NCBI GenBank assembly: GCA_965205505.1
Contig: CBDBHB010000009.1
Location: 800,001-864,000 of the forward strand
Direction: 5' to 3'
DNA: 64,000 nucleotides
DNA from: Acidobacteriota bacterium
Lineage (GTDB): Bacteria; Acidobacteriota; UBA890; WLXD01
The position numbers and the translations under genes are program-made. Within the stretch, counting starts at the first letter, position 1. Each line of letters begins with the position of its first letter. The notes below the pieces were generated by a model that saw only the letters and a program-made list of their open reading frames with translations, searched no databases and was not told the origin of the DNA. This document shows, in pieces, positions 1 to 10,713 of the stretch.

Positions 1-328
1 GGAGCGCCATGTCGAGCGTTCCGAGTCTGAGTTTCTGCAGCATCACCTCGTCACCGCCGAGCTGGCTGGAGCCGAACACCTGGAGGCGGAGGCGATCGCC
101 CATCTCGGCCTCGGCGCGTCGGGCGAGCTCATTGGCGGTGAGAGCGTATAGCGAACCCGGGGCGCCGACGTGGCCGAAGCTCAGAACCAGGGGGCCGGCC
201 GGCGCGCCGCCGGAACAGGCAATTGCCCCAGCCGTGGCTACGAGCACAGCCAGGGTCGCCAGACGTCTCGCTGCCGGACGCGGCGTCGCCGCGGCACCGA
301 AGCGAGATCCACAGGCGCGGGCGCGCAT
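1..328 (-). CDS. dctP: TRAP transporter substrate-binding protein (DctP family), runs off the window edge
   Basis: Not in the ORF track. Reverse-complement translation from ATG 328 gives a lipoprotein-like signal (LATLAVLVATAGAIAC) then LSFGHVGAPGS...LQVFGSSQLGGDEVMLQKLRLGTLDMAL, typical of DctP. ATGA overlap with the upstream aminotransferase stop. Confidence 0.8.
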   Translation of the reverse strand, partial: MRARACGSRFGAAATPRPAARRLATLAVLVATAGAIACSGGAPAGPLVLSFGHVGAPGSLYALTANELARRAEAEMGDRLRLQVFGSSQLGGDEVMLQKLRLGTLDMAL

Positions 329-1515
329 CAGCCAGTGCCCGCGGCACCGGTCGGTGCCAGTGACTCGAGCGCCGCGGTTACTCCGCCGGAGCGACACGGC
401 ACGCCCGCCAGGCGCAGCCCCATCTCCACTCCGCTGAGGGCACCGGCAAGGGCCAACTCGTTGATCTCCCCCAGGTGGCCGATGCGGAAAACCTTGCCTT
501 GGAGCGGTCCGAGGCCGGTGCCGAGCGACATGTCGAAGTTGTCGAGGATCACCTGGCGCACCTCGTTGGCGTCGACCCCTTCTGGCGTCATGACTGCGGT
601 AAGCGAGCTGCTGGCGTTCGCCGGATCGGCGCAGTACGTCTCCAGCCCCCACGCCTGCACCGCCGCCCGGGTTGCCGATGCCAGGCGATCGTGTCGCGCG
701 AAAACCGCCGCCTCGCCCTCTTCACGCAACATAGCGAGCGCCTCTGACAACCCGAAGAGCAGGTTGGTGGCCGGCGTGTAGGGAAAGAAGCCCCGGGCGT
801 TCTGGGTGCGCAGTGCGGCCCAGTCCCAGTACGCACGCGGCAGGCGGGCATTGTCGTTGGCGGCGAGCGCCTTGGCGCTGACCGAGTTGAACGACATGCC
901 TGGTGGGAGCATGAGCCCTTTCTGGGATCCGGTTACCACCACGTCGACGCCCCACTCGTCTTGCGGCAGTGGCATCGACGCCAGCGACGACACCGCATCC
1001 ACTAGCAACAGCGCGCTGTGCCCGGCGGCGTCGATTGCGGCCCGGATGGCAGCCAGGTCCGACCGCACACCGGTGGATGTCTCGCTGTGGACGACGGCGA
1101 TCGCCGCGTAGGAACTGTCGGCCTCGGCTCGGAGCCGCTCCTCAACCGAGGACGGATCAACGGGCTGGCGCCAGTTACCCGGCACCATGTCGACGTCGAG
1201 CCCGAGGCGCTCGGCGATGCCACACCAGCCACGGGCGAAGAAGCCGTGATCGAACATCAGCACGCGGTCACCCGGCGACAGAGTGTTGGCGAGCGCCGCC
1301 TCCCAGGCGCCGCTGCCCGATGCGGGGAAGATCATCACCTCGCCGTTGGGGTTGTGGAAGAGCTCCTTCAGACCGTCGAGGATTTCGCCGGTGAGGCGCG
1401 CGAACTCGGAGCCGCGATGGTCGATCGTGGGGCGGGCCACGGCTCGCAGCACCCGCTCGGGCACGTTCGTGGGTCCGGGGATCTGAAGAAAATGTCGTCC
1501 GCCGGCAAAGCTCAC
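328..1515 (-). CDS. Class V PLP aminotransferase (serine/alanine-glyoxylate aminotransferase)
   Basis: GRHFLQIPGPTNVP start, VDAVSSL, TGSQKGLMLPPG (PLP Lys), FRIGHLG. Probable GTG start at 1515. Confidence 0.9.
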   Translation of the reverse strand: MSFAGGRHFLQIPGPTNVPERVLRAVARPTIDHRGSEFARLTGEILDGLKELFHNPNGEVMIFPASGSGAWEAALANTLSPGDRVLMFDHGFFARGWCGIAERLGLDVDMVPGNWRQPVDPSSVEERLRAEADSSYAAIAVVHSETSTGVRSDLAAIRAAIDAAGHSALLLVDAVSSLASMPLPQDEWGVDVVVTGSQKGLMLPPGMSFNSVSAKALAANDNARLPRAYWDWAALRTQNARGFFPYTPATNLLFGLSEALAMLREEGEAAVFARHDRLASATRAAVQAWGLETYCADPANASSSLTAVMTPEGVDANEVRQVILDNFDMSLGTGLGPLQGKVFRIGHLGEINELALAGALSGVEMGLRLAGVPCRSGGVTAALESLAPTGAAGTG

Positions 1516-1676
1516 CCGAGATCCTCTGGTTGCGCCCGACTTATCGTGGGAGCGTCGTTTCCTGAAGTGCGCCGCGATCGGCGGCACAATGGTACCGCTC
1601 CGGTCCGCGTGACACGGACGCGGGCGGCCCGGAAGCACGGCCTGCTAGACTCCCGAGCGCGACGACACTACGGAAG

Positions 1677-4600
1677 ATGAGCGCGACCATCCGACCTCGA
1701 GCACCCTACGACGACGCCAGTCGTCGACGAGCCGCCGGCACGCGGGCGTCGCGCATTGGCGACTCTGCGCTGGCGGCGCGGCTGCGTAGCGAGCTGCAGG
1801 GCGAGGTGCGCTTCGGCGCGCTCGATCGTGGGCTCTACTCCACCGACGCTTCGATCTACCAGATCGAGCCGGTCGGCGTGGTGGTGCCCAAGAGCGCCGA
1901 CGACGTGACTGCGACGCTGTCGATCGCCCGCGACGAAGGTGTACCGGTATTGCCGCGCGGCGCAGGCACATCACAGGGAGGACAGGCGATTGGCGAAGCG
2001 ATCATCATCGATACCAGCAAGTATCTGTGCGCCGTCCGGCGACTCGACACCGATGGCCGGCGGGTGGTGGTTGAACCCGGTGTCGTGCTCGATGAGCTGA
2101 ACCGGGCGCTACGTCCGTCCGGTCTGTTCTTCCCGGTGGATGTTGCTACCTCGAGCCGGGCGACCCTCGGCGGCATGGCGGGCAACAACAGCGCCGGCGC
2201 ACGGTCGATCCGCTACGGGCTGATGGTCGACAACGTGCGCGCCATCGAAGCCACTCTCGCCGATGGCGCGCCTGCCTGGTTTGGCCCCTCGGGCTCGAGT
2301 CCGGCGAGCGATCGCGGCGCCGGCGTTCCGCCCGCCGCCCGCCGCACCGACCCGCGCCACACCGCGCCGGTCGAGCTGACTCGCGCCATTGCGGCCGTCC
2401 ACCAGAGCCACGCCGCCTCCATCGAGCGCGTTGCGCCGCGCGTGCTGCGCCACGTGGCGGGCTACAACCTGACGCGCATCGATGACCAGGCCTCGAACAT
2501 GGCGCCGTTGCTCATCGGATCCGAGGGCACCCTGGCCTTCTTCACCCGGCTGGAGCTCGAGCTACAACCGATTCCGGCCCACAAGGTTCTGGGCGTATGT
2601 CATTTCGCGACATTTCGTTCCGCAATGCAGGCGGTGCAGCACCTCGTCGAGCTGGGGCCTGCGGCTGTGGAGCTGCTCGATCACAAGCTCATCGAGCTGG
2701 CGCGTGCACGCCCGGCCTTCCGCGGCCCGCTGTCGCGCTTCGTGCACGGGGAGCCCGGAGCGTTGCTGCTCGTCGAGCTCTCCGGCGACGACCTCGACGA
2801 GCTGCGGCGCAGCCTCGATCGGCTCGACGACCTCATGGGACAGCTTGGCCACCCCGACGCTGTGCACCGGGCGATCGAGCCCGCCGCGCAGGCCGAGATC
2901 TGGAGCGTGCGCAAGGCGGGCCTGAACATCGCGATGTCGATGAAGGGCGACGCCAAGCCGGTGTCGTTCGTCGAGGATTGCGCCGTGCCTCTGGAGCACC
3001 TCGATGACTACACTGCCGAGCTCGGCGAGATCTTCGAGCGTCACGGTGTCGAGGGCACCTGGTACGCGCATGCCTCGGTGGGCTGCCTGCACGTGCGGCC
3101 GACGTTGAACCTCAAGGAGGCCGCCGGGGTGGCGAAAATGCGCAGCATCGCCGAGGCCACCCATGCGCTGGTGCGCAAGTTCGGTGGCTCGCACTCCGGC
3201 GAGCACGGCGACGGGCTGGTGCGTAGCGAGTTCCTCGGCTCGATGCTCGGGCAGGAGGCGGTGGATGCCTTCGAACAGGTGAAGTCTGCCTTCGACCCCA
3301 CTGGACTGTTCAATCCTGGCAAGATCGTGCATCCGCCACGCATGGACGATCGGCGTCTGTTCCGTTACCGGCCGGAGTACACCACCGTCTCGCCGGCGAC
3401 GGCGATGCAATGGCCCGACGCCGGCGGCCTGCCCGGCGCTGTCGAGATGTGCAACAACAACGGCGCCTGTCGTCAGCTGGTGGGGTCGATGTGCCCTTCG
3501 TATCAGGCGACGCTCGACGAAACCCACACCACGCGTGGACGCGCCAATGCGCTCCGCCTCGCGCTCAGCGGGCAGCTGGGCGTGCCGGGGCTCGACTCGC
3601 GATCTCTCTACGAGGCGCTCGATCTGTGCGTTGGCTGCAAGGCATGTCGCCGCGAGTGCCCCACCGGGGTCGACATGGCGCGCATGAAGATCGAGTTCCT
3701 GAGCACTTACCGCGCTCGTCACGGCGTGCCGGGGCGCGAGCGTCTGTTCGCCTACCTACCGCGCTACGCACCGATCGCATCCCGACTCGGTGCGGTCTGC
3801 CGTACGGCCGACTGGCGACCGGCCCGCTGGCTGATGGAGAAGCTCATCGGAGTCTCTGCCCAGCGGCGGTTGCCAGTGTTCAAGCGCGAGCCGCTGTGCT
3901 CGGGTGGCCGCACGACCAGTACGTCGACGCGACGCGCCGCCCTGTTCGTCGATACGTTCAGCAGACACTTCGAGCCTGAGAATGCACGTGCGGCGGTGCG
4001 CGTGCTGCGCGCCGCCGGCTACGACGTGGAGCTGATCGAGCCGCCGCCCGGTGAGCGGCCGCTGTGCTGTGGGCGTACGTTCCTGAGCGCCGGCCTCACC
4101 GACGAGGCGCGCGTCGAGGGTGAACGGCTGCTTGCGGCCACCATGCCGTTGGTTCGCGACGGGGTGCCGGTGGTAGGCATCGAGCCGTCCTGTTTGCTGA
4201 CCCTTCGCGACGAGCTTCCGGCTCTGGTTCCCGGCGCCGAGAGCGAGTCGCTGAGCGCCTCCGCCGTGCTCTTCGAGGAGCTGCTGATGGCCGGAATTGC
4301 TGCCGGCGATGTCGCGTTACAGCTCCGAACGCAGCCTGTGCGGCGCGCCCTGGTGCACGGCCATTGCCATCGCAAGGCGTTTGGCGCCCTGCAGCCGATG
4401 ATCGAGGCGCTGCGTCTGGTACCCGATTTGCGCGTCGATCCGATCGTCGCCGGTTGTTGCGGCATGGCGGGCTCGTTCGGCTACGAGGCCGAGCACGTCG
4501 ACGTGTCGCTACGCATGGCGGAGCTGGCGTTGTTGCCCCAGATTCGGCAGGCTGAGCCCGACACCTGGATCGTCGCCGACGGCACCAGCTGCCGCCGACA

Positions 4601-4679
4601 GATACTCGACGGCACGGGCCGCGAGGCTATCCACCCAGCGGTGGCGTTGGAGCGCGCCCTGCCCATCAACCAAGCCTGA
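1677..4679 (+). CDS. FAD-binding / 4Fe-4S 2-hydroxyacid oxidoreductase (GlcD-GlcF fusion, YdiJ-like)
   Basis: PRGAGTSQGGQ FAD motif, GSEGTL, SGEHGDG, CNNNGAC/MCPS, CVGCKACRRECP, and C-terminal CCG domains (LCCGR, HGHCH, GCCGMAGSFG). Confidence 0.9.
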   Translation: MSATIRPRAPYDDASRRRAAGTRASRIGDSALAARLRSELQGEVRFGALDRGLYSTDASIYQIEPVGVVVPKSADDVTATLSIARDEGVPVLPRGAGTSQGGQAIGEAIIIDTSKYLCAVRRLDTDGRRVVVEPGVVLDELNRALRPSGLFFPVDVATSSRATLGGMAGNNSAGARSIRYGLMVDNVRAIEATLADGAPAWFGPSGSSPASDRGAGVPPAARRTDPRHTAPVELTRAIAAVHQSHAASIERVAPRVLRHVAGYNLTRIDDQASNMAPLLIGSEGTLAFFTRLELELQPIPAHKVLGVCHFATFRSAMQAVQHLVELGPAAVELLDHKLIELARARPAFRGPLSRFVHGEPGALLLVELSGDDLDELRRSLDRLDDLMGQLGHPDAVHRAIEPAAQAEIWSVRKAGLNIAMSMKGDAKPVSFVEDCAVPLEHLDDYTAELGEIFERHGVEGTWYAHASVGCLHVRPTLNLKEAAGVAKMRSIAEATHALVRKFGGSHSGEHGDGLVRSEFLGSMLGQEAVDAFEQVKSAFDPTGLFNPGKIVHPPRMDDRRLFRYRPEYTTVSPATAMQWPDAGGLPGAVEMCNNNGACRQLVGSMCPSYQATLDETHTTRGRANALRLALSGQLGVPGLDSRSLYEALDLCVGCKACRRECPTGVDMARMKIEFLSTYRARHGVPGRERLFAYLPRYAPIASRLGAVCRTADWRPARWLMEKLIGVSAQRRLPVFKREPLCSGGRTTSTSTRRAALFVDTFSRHFEPENARAAVRVLRAAGYDVELIEPPPGERPLCCGRTFLSAGLTDEARVEGERLLAATMPLVRDGVPVVGIEPSCLLTLRDELPALVPGAESESLSASAVLFEELLMAGIAAGDVALQLRTQPVRRALVHGHCHRKAFGALQPMIEALRLVPDLRVDPIVAGCCGMAGSFGYEAEHVDVSLRMAELALLPQIRQAEPDTWIVADGTSCRRQILDGTGREAIHPAVALERALPINQA

Positions 4680-4689
4680 GGAGGGTTCC

Positions 4690-5658
4690 ATGAGACTGAC
4701 GATCGCCGTGCTTGCGCTGGCGTTGAGTGCCTGCGCGCCTGCCCCCGCCCCCCAGCAGAATGAACCCGAGGGCCCAGCACCGTGGGACTGGACCGAGGAG
4801 TACATACGCGAGGGAGTCAACCGGGTGCGTGCCGGCCGCGACTTGACTCCGAGCGAGTGGCCCGGTGGTGCGCGCGTTGCCGTGCTGCTGTCGTTCGACG
4901 TCGACAACGAGACGGTCGAGGGCCTGCGCGACGGTACATTCAGCGTCGGCCCCCTGTCGCAGGGTGAGTACGGGTCGCGGGTGGCCCTGCCGCGCGTCGT
5001 CACGCTGATGGATCGCGAGGAGATTCCGGCAACGTTCTTCTTCCCCGCCTGGAGCCTGAAGCTGGCGCCCGAGCAGGCCGAGCTGATCCAAGCCTCCGGC
5101 CGCCACGAGATCGGCGTGCACGGCTGGATACACGAGCGCAACACACAGCTCGACGCCGCCACCGAGCGCCGTCTGCTCGAGCAAGCCATCGACGCGATCA
5201 CCGAGATCACCGGCAAGCGCCCGGTCGGTTACCGGGCTCCGTCGTGGAACTTGAGCCCGGCAACACTCGATATCGTGCGCGATCTGGGCCTGCTGTACGA
5301 GAGCTCGCTGATGGCCGACGATCGGCCCTACGAGCTCATGGCCAACGGCGAACCCACCGGCATGGTCGAGCTGCCGGTGGAGTGGATACTCGACGACGCG
5401 CCGCTGTTCGATCCGCTCGGTGGTGGCTACAGCCCGCCGCGCGAGGTCATGCAGGTGTGGATCGACGAGTTCGACGTCGCCTGGGAGGAGGGCACCATGC
5501 TGCTGCTCACCATGCACCCGCACATCACCGCCCACCGGTCGCGAATCGTCGCCCTCAAGGGCCTGATCGAACACATCAAGGCGCGCGGCGGCGCCTGGTT
5601 CGGTACCCACGAGGCAGCGGCGCGGTATGTCAGACAGCAGGCAGGAATGGACAGCTAG
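4690..5658 (+). CDS. Polysaccharide deacetylase family lipoprotein (PuuE/PgdA-like)
   Basis: Lipobox LALSAC; SFDVD, HEIGVHGWIH, GYRAPSW, TMHPH motifs. Confidence 0.85.
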   Translation: MRLTIAVLALALSACAPAPAPQQNEPEGPAPWDWTEEYIREGVNRVRAGRDLTPSEWPGGARVAVLLSFDVDNETVEGLRDGTFSVGPLSQGEYGSRVALPRVVTLMDREEIPATFFFPAWSLKLAPEQAELIQASGRHEIGVHGWIHERNTQLDAATERRLLEQAIDAITEITGKRPVGYRAPSWNLSPATLDIVRDLGLLYESSLMADDRPYELMANGEPTGMVELPVEWILDDAPLFDPLGGGYSPPREVMQVWIDEFDVAWEEGTMLLLTMHPHITAHRSRIVALKGLIEHIKARGGAWFGTHEAAARYVRQQAGMDS

Positions 5659-5686
5659 TCGGACGGCCAGCTGGCAGCCCTGGGGT

Positions 5687-6103
5687 CTACAGTCCGAGTA
5701 CCGAAAAGCTGTTGGCCCGGGCGGCGAGGCCCTGTCGCGCATCATGGGTCGCGAACACCAGGGCTACGTCGCGCTGCTCTCGAAACAGCAGCGCGCTCCA
5801 CAGGTGAAGCGCGTCGAGCGTCCCCAGCGAGGTCGCCATTGGTTGGCCGGCGCGACGAAGCACCGATGGCGTGATGCGAATCCAACCCAGCGACTGCTCG
5901 ATCCAGCCGAGTTGTTCATGCGCTTGGGCGACGCCCTCGTCGTCGAGTGCCCCCTGGAGCCGCAACCGATCGATTACCCGACGTGACTCCACGCCGAGGA
6001 GCTCGCTAGAGTAGGCGGTCTCCCACTCCTCGAAGTCGTTGATCGCACGAGGTTGACCGAGAACGACGCGGAGAATGACGCTCGTATCGACGTAGACGTT
6101 CAC
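5687..6103 (-). CDS. vapC: PIN-domain toxin (VapC family)
   Basis: VYVDTSVILR...LGTLDALHL...FATHD. GTG start overlaps the antitoxin stop. Confidence 0.85.
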   Translation of the reverse strand: MNVYVDTSVILRVVLGQPRAINDFEEWETAYSSELLGVESRRVIDRLRLQGALDDEGVAQAHEQLGWIEQSLGWIRITPSVLRRAGQPMATSLGTLDALHLWSALLFREQRDVALVFATHDARQGLAARANSFSVLGL

Positions 6104-6357
6104 CGTCGATCGCGATCTTCCCGGAGCATCTCGATCGGATCGACCGCCGTCAGCAAGCGCACCGGCTTGCAGTCCGCGATCTTGGCCGGCCTCCGTTTCG
6201 GATCGTCGACGTCGAGATCGGTTGCTCTTGAATCCAGCGGAACCAGGCGAGCGATCGGGGTGCGTCGATCGCATACCACTATCGTCTCGCCGCGGCGAAC
6301 GGCGGCCAGGTAGGCGCTGAGTTTGGCCTTGAGCTCCGAGGTGTTTACCATCGTCAT
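6100..6357 (-). CDS. Phd/YefM-family antitoxin
   Basis: VNTSELKAKLSAYLAAVRRGETIVVCDRRTPIARLVP; directly upstream of the PIN toxin. Confidence 0.88.
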   Translation of the reverse strand: MTMVNTSELKAKLSAYLAAVRRGETIVVCDRRTPIARLVPLDSRATDLDVDDPKRRPAKIADCKPVRLLTAVDPIEMLREDRDRR

Positions 6358-6408
6358 GACTAGATGATGACTATATTAAGTCTACTCATGCAAGCCCTCG
6401 CCGACGGG

Positions 6409-7128
6409 TCAGGCTCCGAGCAAGCTATATGCGACGGCCGCCAGCACCCCGCCTGCCACCGGGCCGACTACCGGAATCCAGGCGTAGCCCCAGTCGCTGT
6501 CGCGCTTGCCGGGGATAGGCAGTAGCGCGTGCATGATGCGCGGCGCCAGGTCGCGGGCCGGGTTGATGGCGTAGCCGGTGGTGCCGCCGAGCGAAAGCCC
6601 TATCGCCAGCACCACCAGGCCGACGGGGAGGGCATCGAGGGCGCCGAGTCCCACGTCCGCGCTGGTCATGTAGAGCACCGCAAACACCAGCGCGAACGTG
6701 CCGATCACCTCCGAGATGAAGTTCGACAGAGGATTGCGAATCTCCGGCCCGGTGCAGAAGACCGCGAGCTTCAGATCGGCGCTCTCGGTGACTGCAAAAT
6801 GGTCACGGTACTGGAGCCACACGAGCGCGGCGCCGATGGCCGCACCGATCATCTGCGCTGCAACATAGCCGGGTACGTCTGCCCAGGCGAAGTTGCCGGC
6901 TGCGGCCATCCCGAGCGTCACCGCCGGGTTGATGTGCGCGCCGCTGAATCGCCCGACCACAAACACGGCCACGAATACCGCCATGCCCCAGCCCATGCTG
7001 ATGACCATCCAGCCAGACTCGGCGCCCTTGGTGCGTTTCAGGATGACGTTGGCTACTACGCCGTCGCCCAGTAGCAGCAGCAGCGCGGTTCCGACGATCT
7101 CGGCGGGTAGTGGGCTCATGCGGCTCAT
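6409..7128 (-). CDS. glpF: MIP channel, glycerol facilitator type
   Basis: SGAHINPAVT and GYAINPARDLAPR motifs; hydrophobic helices. Confidence 0.9.
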   Translation of the reverse strand: MSRMSPLPAEIVGTALLLLLGDGVVANVILKRTKGAESGWMVISMGWGMAVFVAVFVVGRFSGAHINPAVTLGMAAAGNFAWADVPGYVAAQMIGAAIGAALVWLQYRDHFAVTESADLKLAVFCTGPEIRNPLSNFISEVIGTFALVFAVLYMTSADVGLGALDALPVGLVVLAIGLSLGGTTGYAINPARDLAPRIMHALLPIPGKRDSDWGYAWIPVVGPVAGGVLAAVAYSLLGA

Positions 7129-7307
7129 CTCGGGTTGGGCGGCGAGGCGCGGATGTGTCGGGAGTGTATTGGAAGTGCTGGCGGCGCAAGGAGAAGGCGA
7201 GGCGACCGTCGCCGAGCCTGGGCGCAGCGCCAGGCAACAGCGTCCGGGAGCGCCTCATCGGGGCCTGGTAGACTCTGGCCCCGAAATTCCAGGCACGAGG
7301 GAGTGGA

Positions 7308-8453
7308 GTGATGAAGATCGAACAGTTCGAGATGGAGCGCATGCAGTCGCTCTACGAGCACGCGGTGGATCACAACCTCGCCGAGAGCGGCGTGTCGCCC
7401 TTGAGCGTGAACGACCTACTGTCGCCTGAGACGCTGGCGGAGCTCGCCTCGACCCCGCTGTGCTATCCGGAGGGTATGGGATCGGAGCTGCTACGCGAGC
7501 GCATCGGGCTGTTCTACGACAACGCCACCGCTGACAACATCGTGGTCACCAACGGCGGCTCCGAGGCCAACTACATTACCCTTCAGGCGCTGCTTGAACC
7601 GGGGGACCGCGTCGCCTGTATGATCCCCAACTACCTGCAGACCTGGGGTTTGGCGCGTGCCTATTCGGAGCGCACAGACGCCTTTCACATGGTCGAATCC
7701 AGGGACGGCGACGGCGCCCGTTGGGCCCTCGACCTCGACAGCCTGGCCGCGGCGGTCTCGCCTGCCACCGGGATGATCACCGTCACCAACCCCAACAACC
7801 CAACCGGGGCGCTGCTCAACGAGGCCGAGCTCGAAGCGCTCGTCGAGGCGGCGCGGCGAGCCGACGCCTGGCTGGTGTTCGACGAGATCTATCGCGGTAC
7901 CGAGCTGGAGGGTGACACAGGGCCGAGCATCTGGGACCGGTACGACAAGGCGATCGTCACCTCGGGGTTGTCAAAGGCGTTCGCGATGCCGGGGCTGCGT
8001 ATCGGCTGGACGGTGGCCCCGGAAGACGCGACCCAGCAGCTGATGCGCTACCGCGACTACACTACCCTCACCCTGAACTTGCTCGCCGATCGCCTGGCGC
8101 GGATCGCCATGGAGCCCACCAAGCGCGATGAGATTCTCGACCGCAGCAAGTCAATCGTACGGTCGCAGCTTCCACGTCTGGTGGAGTGGGTGGATCGCCA
8201 CGAGGAGCTGAGCATGATCCCACCGGCGGCGGCGGCCATCGGGATGATCGCCTACGATCTGCCGATCGAATCCGGGGAGCTCTGCGAGAAGCTCCGAACC
8301 GAGCGCTCGGTGCTCATCACCCCGGGGTCGCATTTCGGGGTCGGCGACTATATCCGCGTTGGTTACGGCTACGACATCGACAAGGCGTGCCAGGGGCTGG
8401 CGCTGATCAGCGAGGCGATGGCGCAGCTGCGGCCGGTGACCGCGACTCCATGA
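7308..8453 (+). CDS. Class I/II PLP aminotransferase
   Basis: [37 protein letters not shown]. Confidence 0.9.
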   Translation: MMKIEQFEMERMQSLYEHAVDHNLAESGVSPLSVNDLLSPETLAELASTPLCYPEGMGSELLRERIGLFYDNATADNIVVTNGGSEANYITLQALLEPGDRVACMIPNYLQTWGLARAYSERTDAFHMVESRDGDGARWALDLDSLAAAVSPATGMITVTNPNNPTGALLNEAELEALVEAARRADAWLVFDEIYRGTELEGDTGPSIWDRYDKAIVTSGLSKAFAMPGLRIGWTVAPEDATQQLMRYRDYTTLTLNLLADRLARIAMEPTKRDEILDRSKSIVRSQLPRLVEWVDRHEELSMIPPAAAAIGMIAYDLPIESGELCEKLRTERSVLITPGSHFGVGDYIRVGYGYDIDKACQGLALISEAMAQLRPVTATP

Positions 8454-9232
8454 AAATCGCCGGCAAGGTCGTCGTCGTTACCGGTGGGGCGAGCGGCATC
8501 GGGCGCGCGCTGTGCCGGCGCTTCGCCGCCGAGGGAGCGCGCGGCGTTGTTGTCGCCGACCGTTCCGCCGATGGTGCCGTCGAGGTGGCGGCGGAGATCG
8601 GTGGTCTGGCAGTGGAGGCGGACGTAGCTGTCGAGAAGCAGGTGCAGCGCGTCGTCGCCGAAGCTCGCGAGCGCTACGGCGAGATCGACTTGTTCTGCTG
8701 CAACGCCGGCGTGTTCAGCGAAGGCGGAGTGGAGGTCAGCAACGAAGAGTGGAAGCGCGTCTGGGACGTTAACTTCATGTCGATCGTCTACGCCGCGCGG
8801 GCGCTCTTACCGTCGATGCTCGAGCGCGGCAACGGAGCGTTCTTGATTACAGCTTCGGCTGCCGGGCTGCTCACCCAGGTTGGCTCGGCGCCCTACTCGG
8901 TGACCAAGCACGCCGCTCTGTCGCTGGCGGAGTGGCTGTCGATGACCCATGCCGACGACGGTATCGAGGTATTCTGCCTGTGCCCGCAGGGGGTAAACAC
9001 GGCCATGATGAACGAGTTCGAGGCCGACTCCGCGATCGGCGGTTATCTGAGGAGCGTGGCCCTGGAGCCCGATGATGTGGCTGGCGCCGTGATCGACGCC
9101 ATGGCCGCCGGACAGTTCCTGGTGTTGCCACACCCCGAGGTCGCCGATTTCTTTCAACGCAAGGCAGCCGACTACGACCGTTGGCTTGGCGGCATGCGTC
9201 GCTTCCAGGCCAGCGTAGGGTCGAACGCCTGA
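8450..9232 (+). CDS. Short-chain dehydrogenase/reductase
   Basis: [27 protein letters not shown] (YxxxK). ATG 8450 overlaps the upstream stop. Confidence 0.9.
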   Translation: MKIAGKVVVVTGGASGIGRALCRRFAAEGARGVVVADRSADGAVEVAAEIGGLAVEADVAVEKQVQRVVAEARERYGEIDLFCCNAGVFSEGGVEVSNEEWKRVWDVNFMSIVYAARALLPSMLERGNGAFLITASAAGLLTQVGSAPYSVTKHAALSLAEWLSMTHADDGIEVFCLCPQGVNTAMMNEFEADSAIGGYLRSVALEPDDVAGAVIDAMAAGQFLVLPHPEVADFFQRKAADYDRWLGGMRRFQASVGSNA

Positions 9233-9306
9233 CCCCGAGACCCGAAGCCTGGAAATACTCGAACCAAACAAGCTCGAAGCGTCACACGCGAGCGAACGGA
9301 GCGAAC

Positions 9307-10581
9307 GTGAAGCTGACACGCGTCCTTGCAGGAACCTTGCTACTGGCCCTGGTCGCCATGCCCGTCTGGGCGCAGGGGCTACCGATGTCTTCGCCGGAAG
9401 ATGTGGGGCTGTCGAGCGAGCGGCTCGAGCGCATCGGTCCGTTCCTTCAGCGGCATATCGACTCGGAGCTGATCTCCGGATCCGTGGTGATGGTTGCCCG
9501 TAACGGACGGGTCGCCTACCACGAGGCGTTCGGTGAGCTCGACATGGATGCCGACACGCCCATGGCGAAGGACTCGATCTTCCGCATCTACTCGATGACC
9601 AAGCCCATTACCTCGTTGGCGGTGATGATGCTCTGGGAGGAGGGCCTGTTCCTGCTCAACGATCCGGTGTCGAAGTACATTCCCGAGCTCGGTGGGCTGC
9701 AGGTGGGTACGGATGGAGTCGGCGCCGATGGTCGGCCCGAGTTCGCCACCATGCGCTCGAGCCGCGACATGACCATTCGCGATCTACTGCGCCACACCTC
9801 CGGCTTGACCTACGGGATCTTTGGCGCCTCCACCGTCGACAAGATGTACAACGAGCAGGAGCTGCTCAATTCGGGGTCGTTGGCCGAGTTCGTCAACACG
9901 CTGAGCAAGTTGCCGCTGCGCTACGACCCGGGCACTACGTGGAACTACAGCGTGTCCACCGATGTGCTGGGTCGTTTCGTCGAGGTGATCTCGGGCATGC
10001 CGTTTGATCAGTTCCTCGAAGAGCGCATTTTCCTGCCCTTGGAGATGAACGACACCGCGTTTTGGGTGCCGGAGAGCAAGGCCCACCGGCTGACGACGCT
10101 TTATACGCCGAACGGTGTCGACGACCTCACGCTGAAGGAAATGGAGACTGACGCTGTTGCACGCGACTATCGCGAGCCTCCTCCGGCGCCCTCGGGGGGC
10201 GGGGGGCTGCTGTCGACCGCGACCGACTACGTGCGCTTTTGCCAGATGCTGCTCAACGGCGGCGAGCTCGGTGGCGTCAGGCTGCTAGGTACGCATACCG
10301 TAGAGATGATGACGCGAGATCATCTCGGCGACATCGAGATGGGCCTGGGCGCGGAAGGCCACGGCTTCGGTCTCGGCTTCATGATCAACGCCGACCTGGG
10401 CACGATGGGTGCAACTGCACACGAGGGTACGTTCTCGTGGGGCGGCTACGCCCACACGCGCTTCTGGGTCGACCCGGTAGACGATCTGATCGGCATCTTC
10501 ATGATCCAGATCCTACCGTCTTCGGCGGTGGACTACGGCGACAAGTTCAAGAGCCTCGTGTACCAATCGATTCTGGAGTAG
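9307..10581 (+). CDS. Secreted serine hydrolase (beta-lactamase class C-like fold)
   Basis: Signal peptide, FRIYSMTK (SxxK), LLRHTSG, WNYS, WGG. Confidence 0.88.
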   Translation: MKLTRVLAGTLLLALVAMPVWAQGLPMSSPEDVGLSSERLERIGPFLQRHIDSELISGSVVMVARNGRVAYHEAFGELDMDADTPMAKDSIFRIYSMTKPITSLAVMMLWEEGLFLLNDPVSKYIPELGGLQVGTDGVGADGRPEFATMRSSRDMTIRDLLRHTSGLTYGIFGASTVDKMYNEQELLNSGSLAEFVNTLSKLPLRYDPGTTWNYSVSTDVLGRFVEVISGMPFDQFLEERIFLPLEMNDTAFWVPESKAHRLTTLYTPNGVDDLTLKEMETDAVARDYREPPPAPSGGGGLLSTATDYVRFCQMLLNGGELGGVRLLGTHTVEMMTRDHLGDIEMGLGAEGHGFGLGFMINADLGTMGATAHEGTFSWGGYAHTRFWVDPVDDLIGIFMIQILPSSAVDYGDKFKSLVYQSILE

Positions 10582-10713
10582 CGCAGCGGCGGCCCGCGAC
10601 GCGATGGCCCGCGACGCGATGGCCGGCGTTGCGCCCACCTCGACGTAGCGGATCTACGTCTGCGTCGGCGCGCCTTGGCCCCCGCGCCGCGTACTCGGCC
10701 GGCTGTGGTCTAG
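10582..10713. repeat. Palindromic intergenic element with ERIC-like structured core (10626-10677) and a 15-bp tandem duplication
   Basis: Minus strand reads CAAGGCGCGCCGACGCAG-ACGTAG-ATCCG-CTACGT-CGAGGTGGGCGCAACGC. GGCCCGCGACGCGAT occurs twice. Fills the gap between convergent genes and ends at CTAG. Confidence 0.65.
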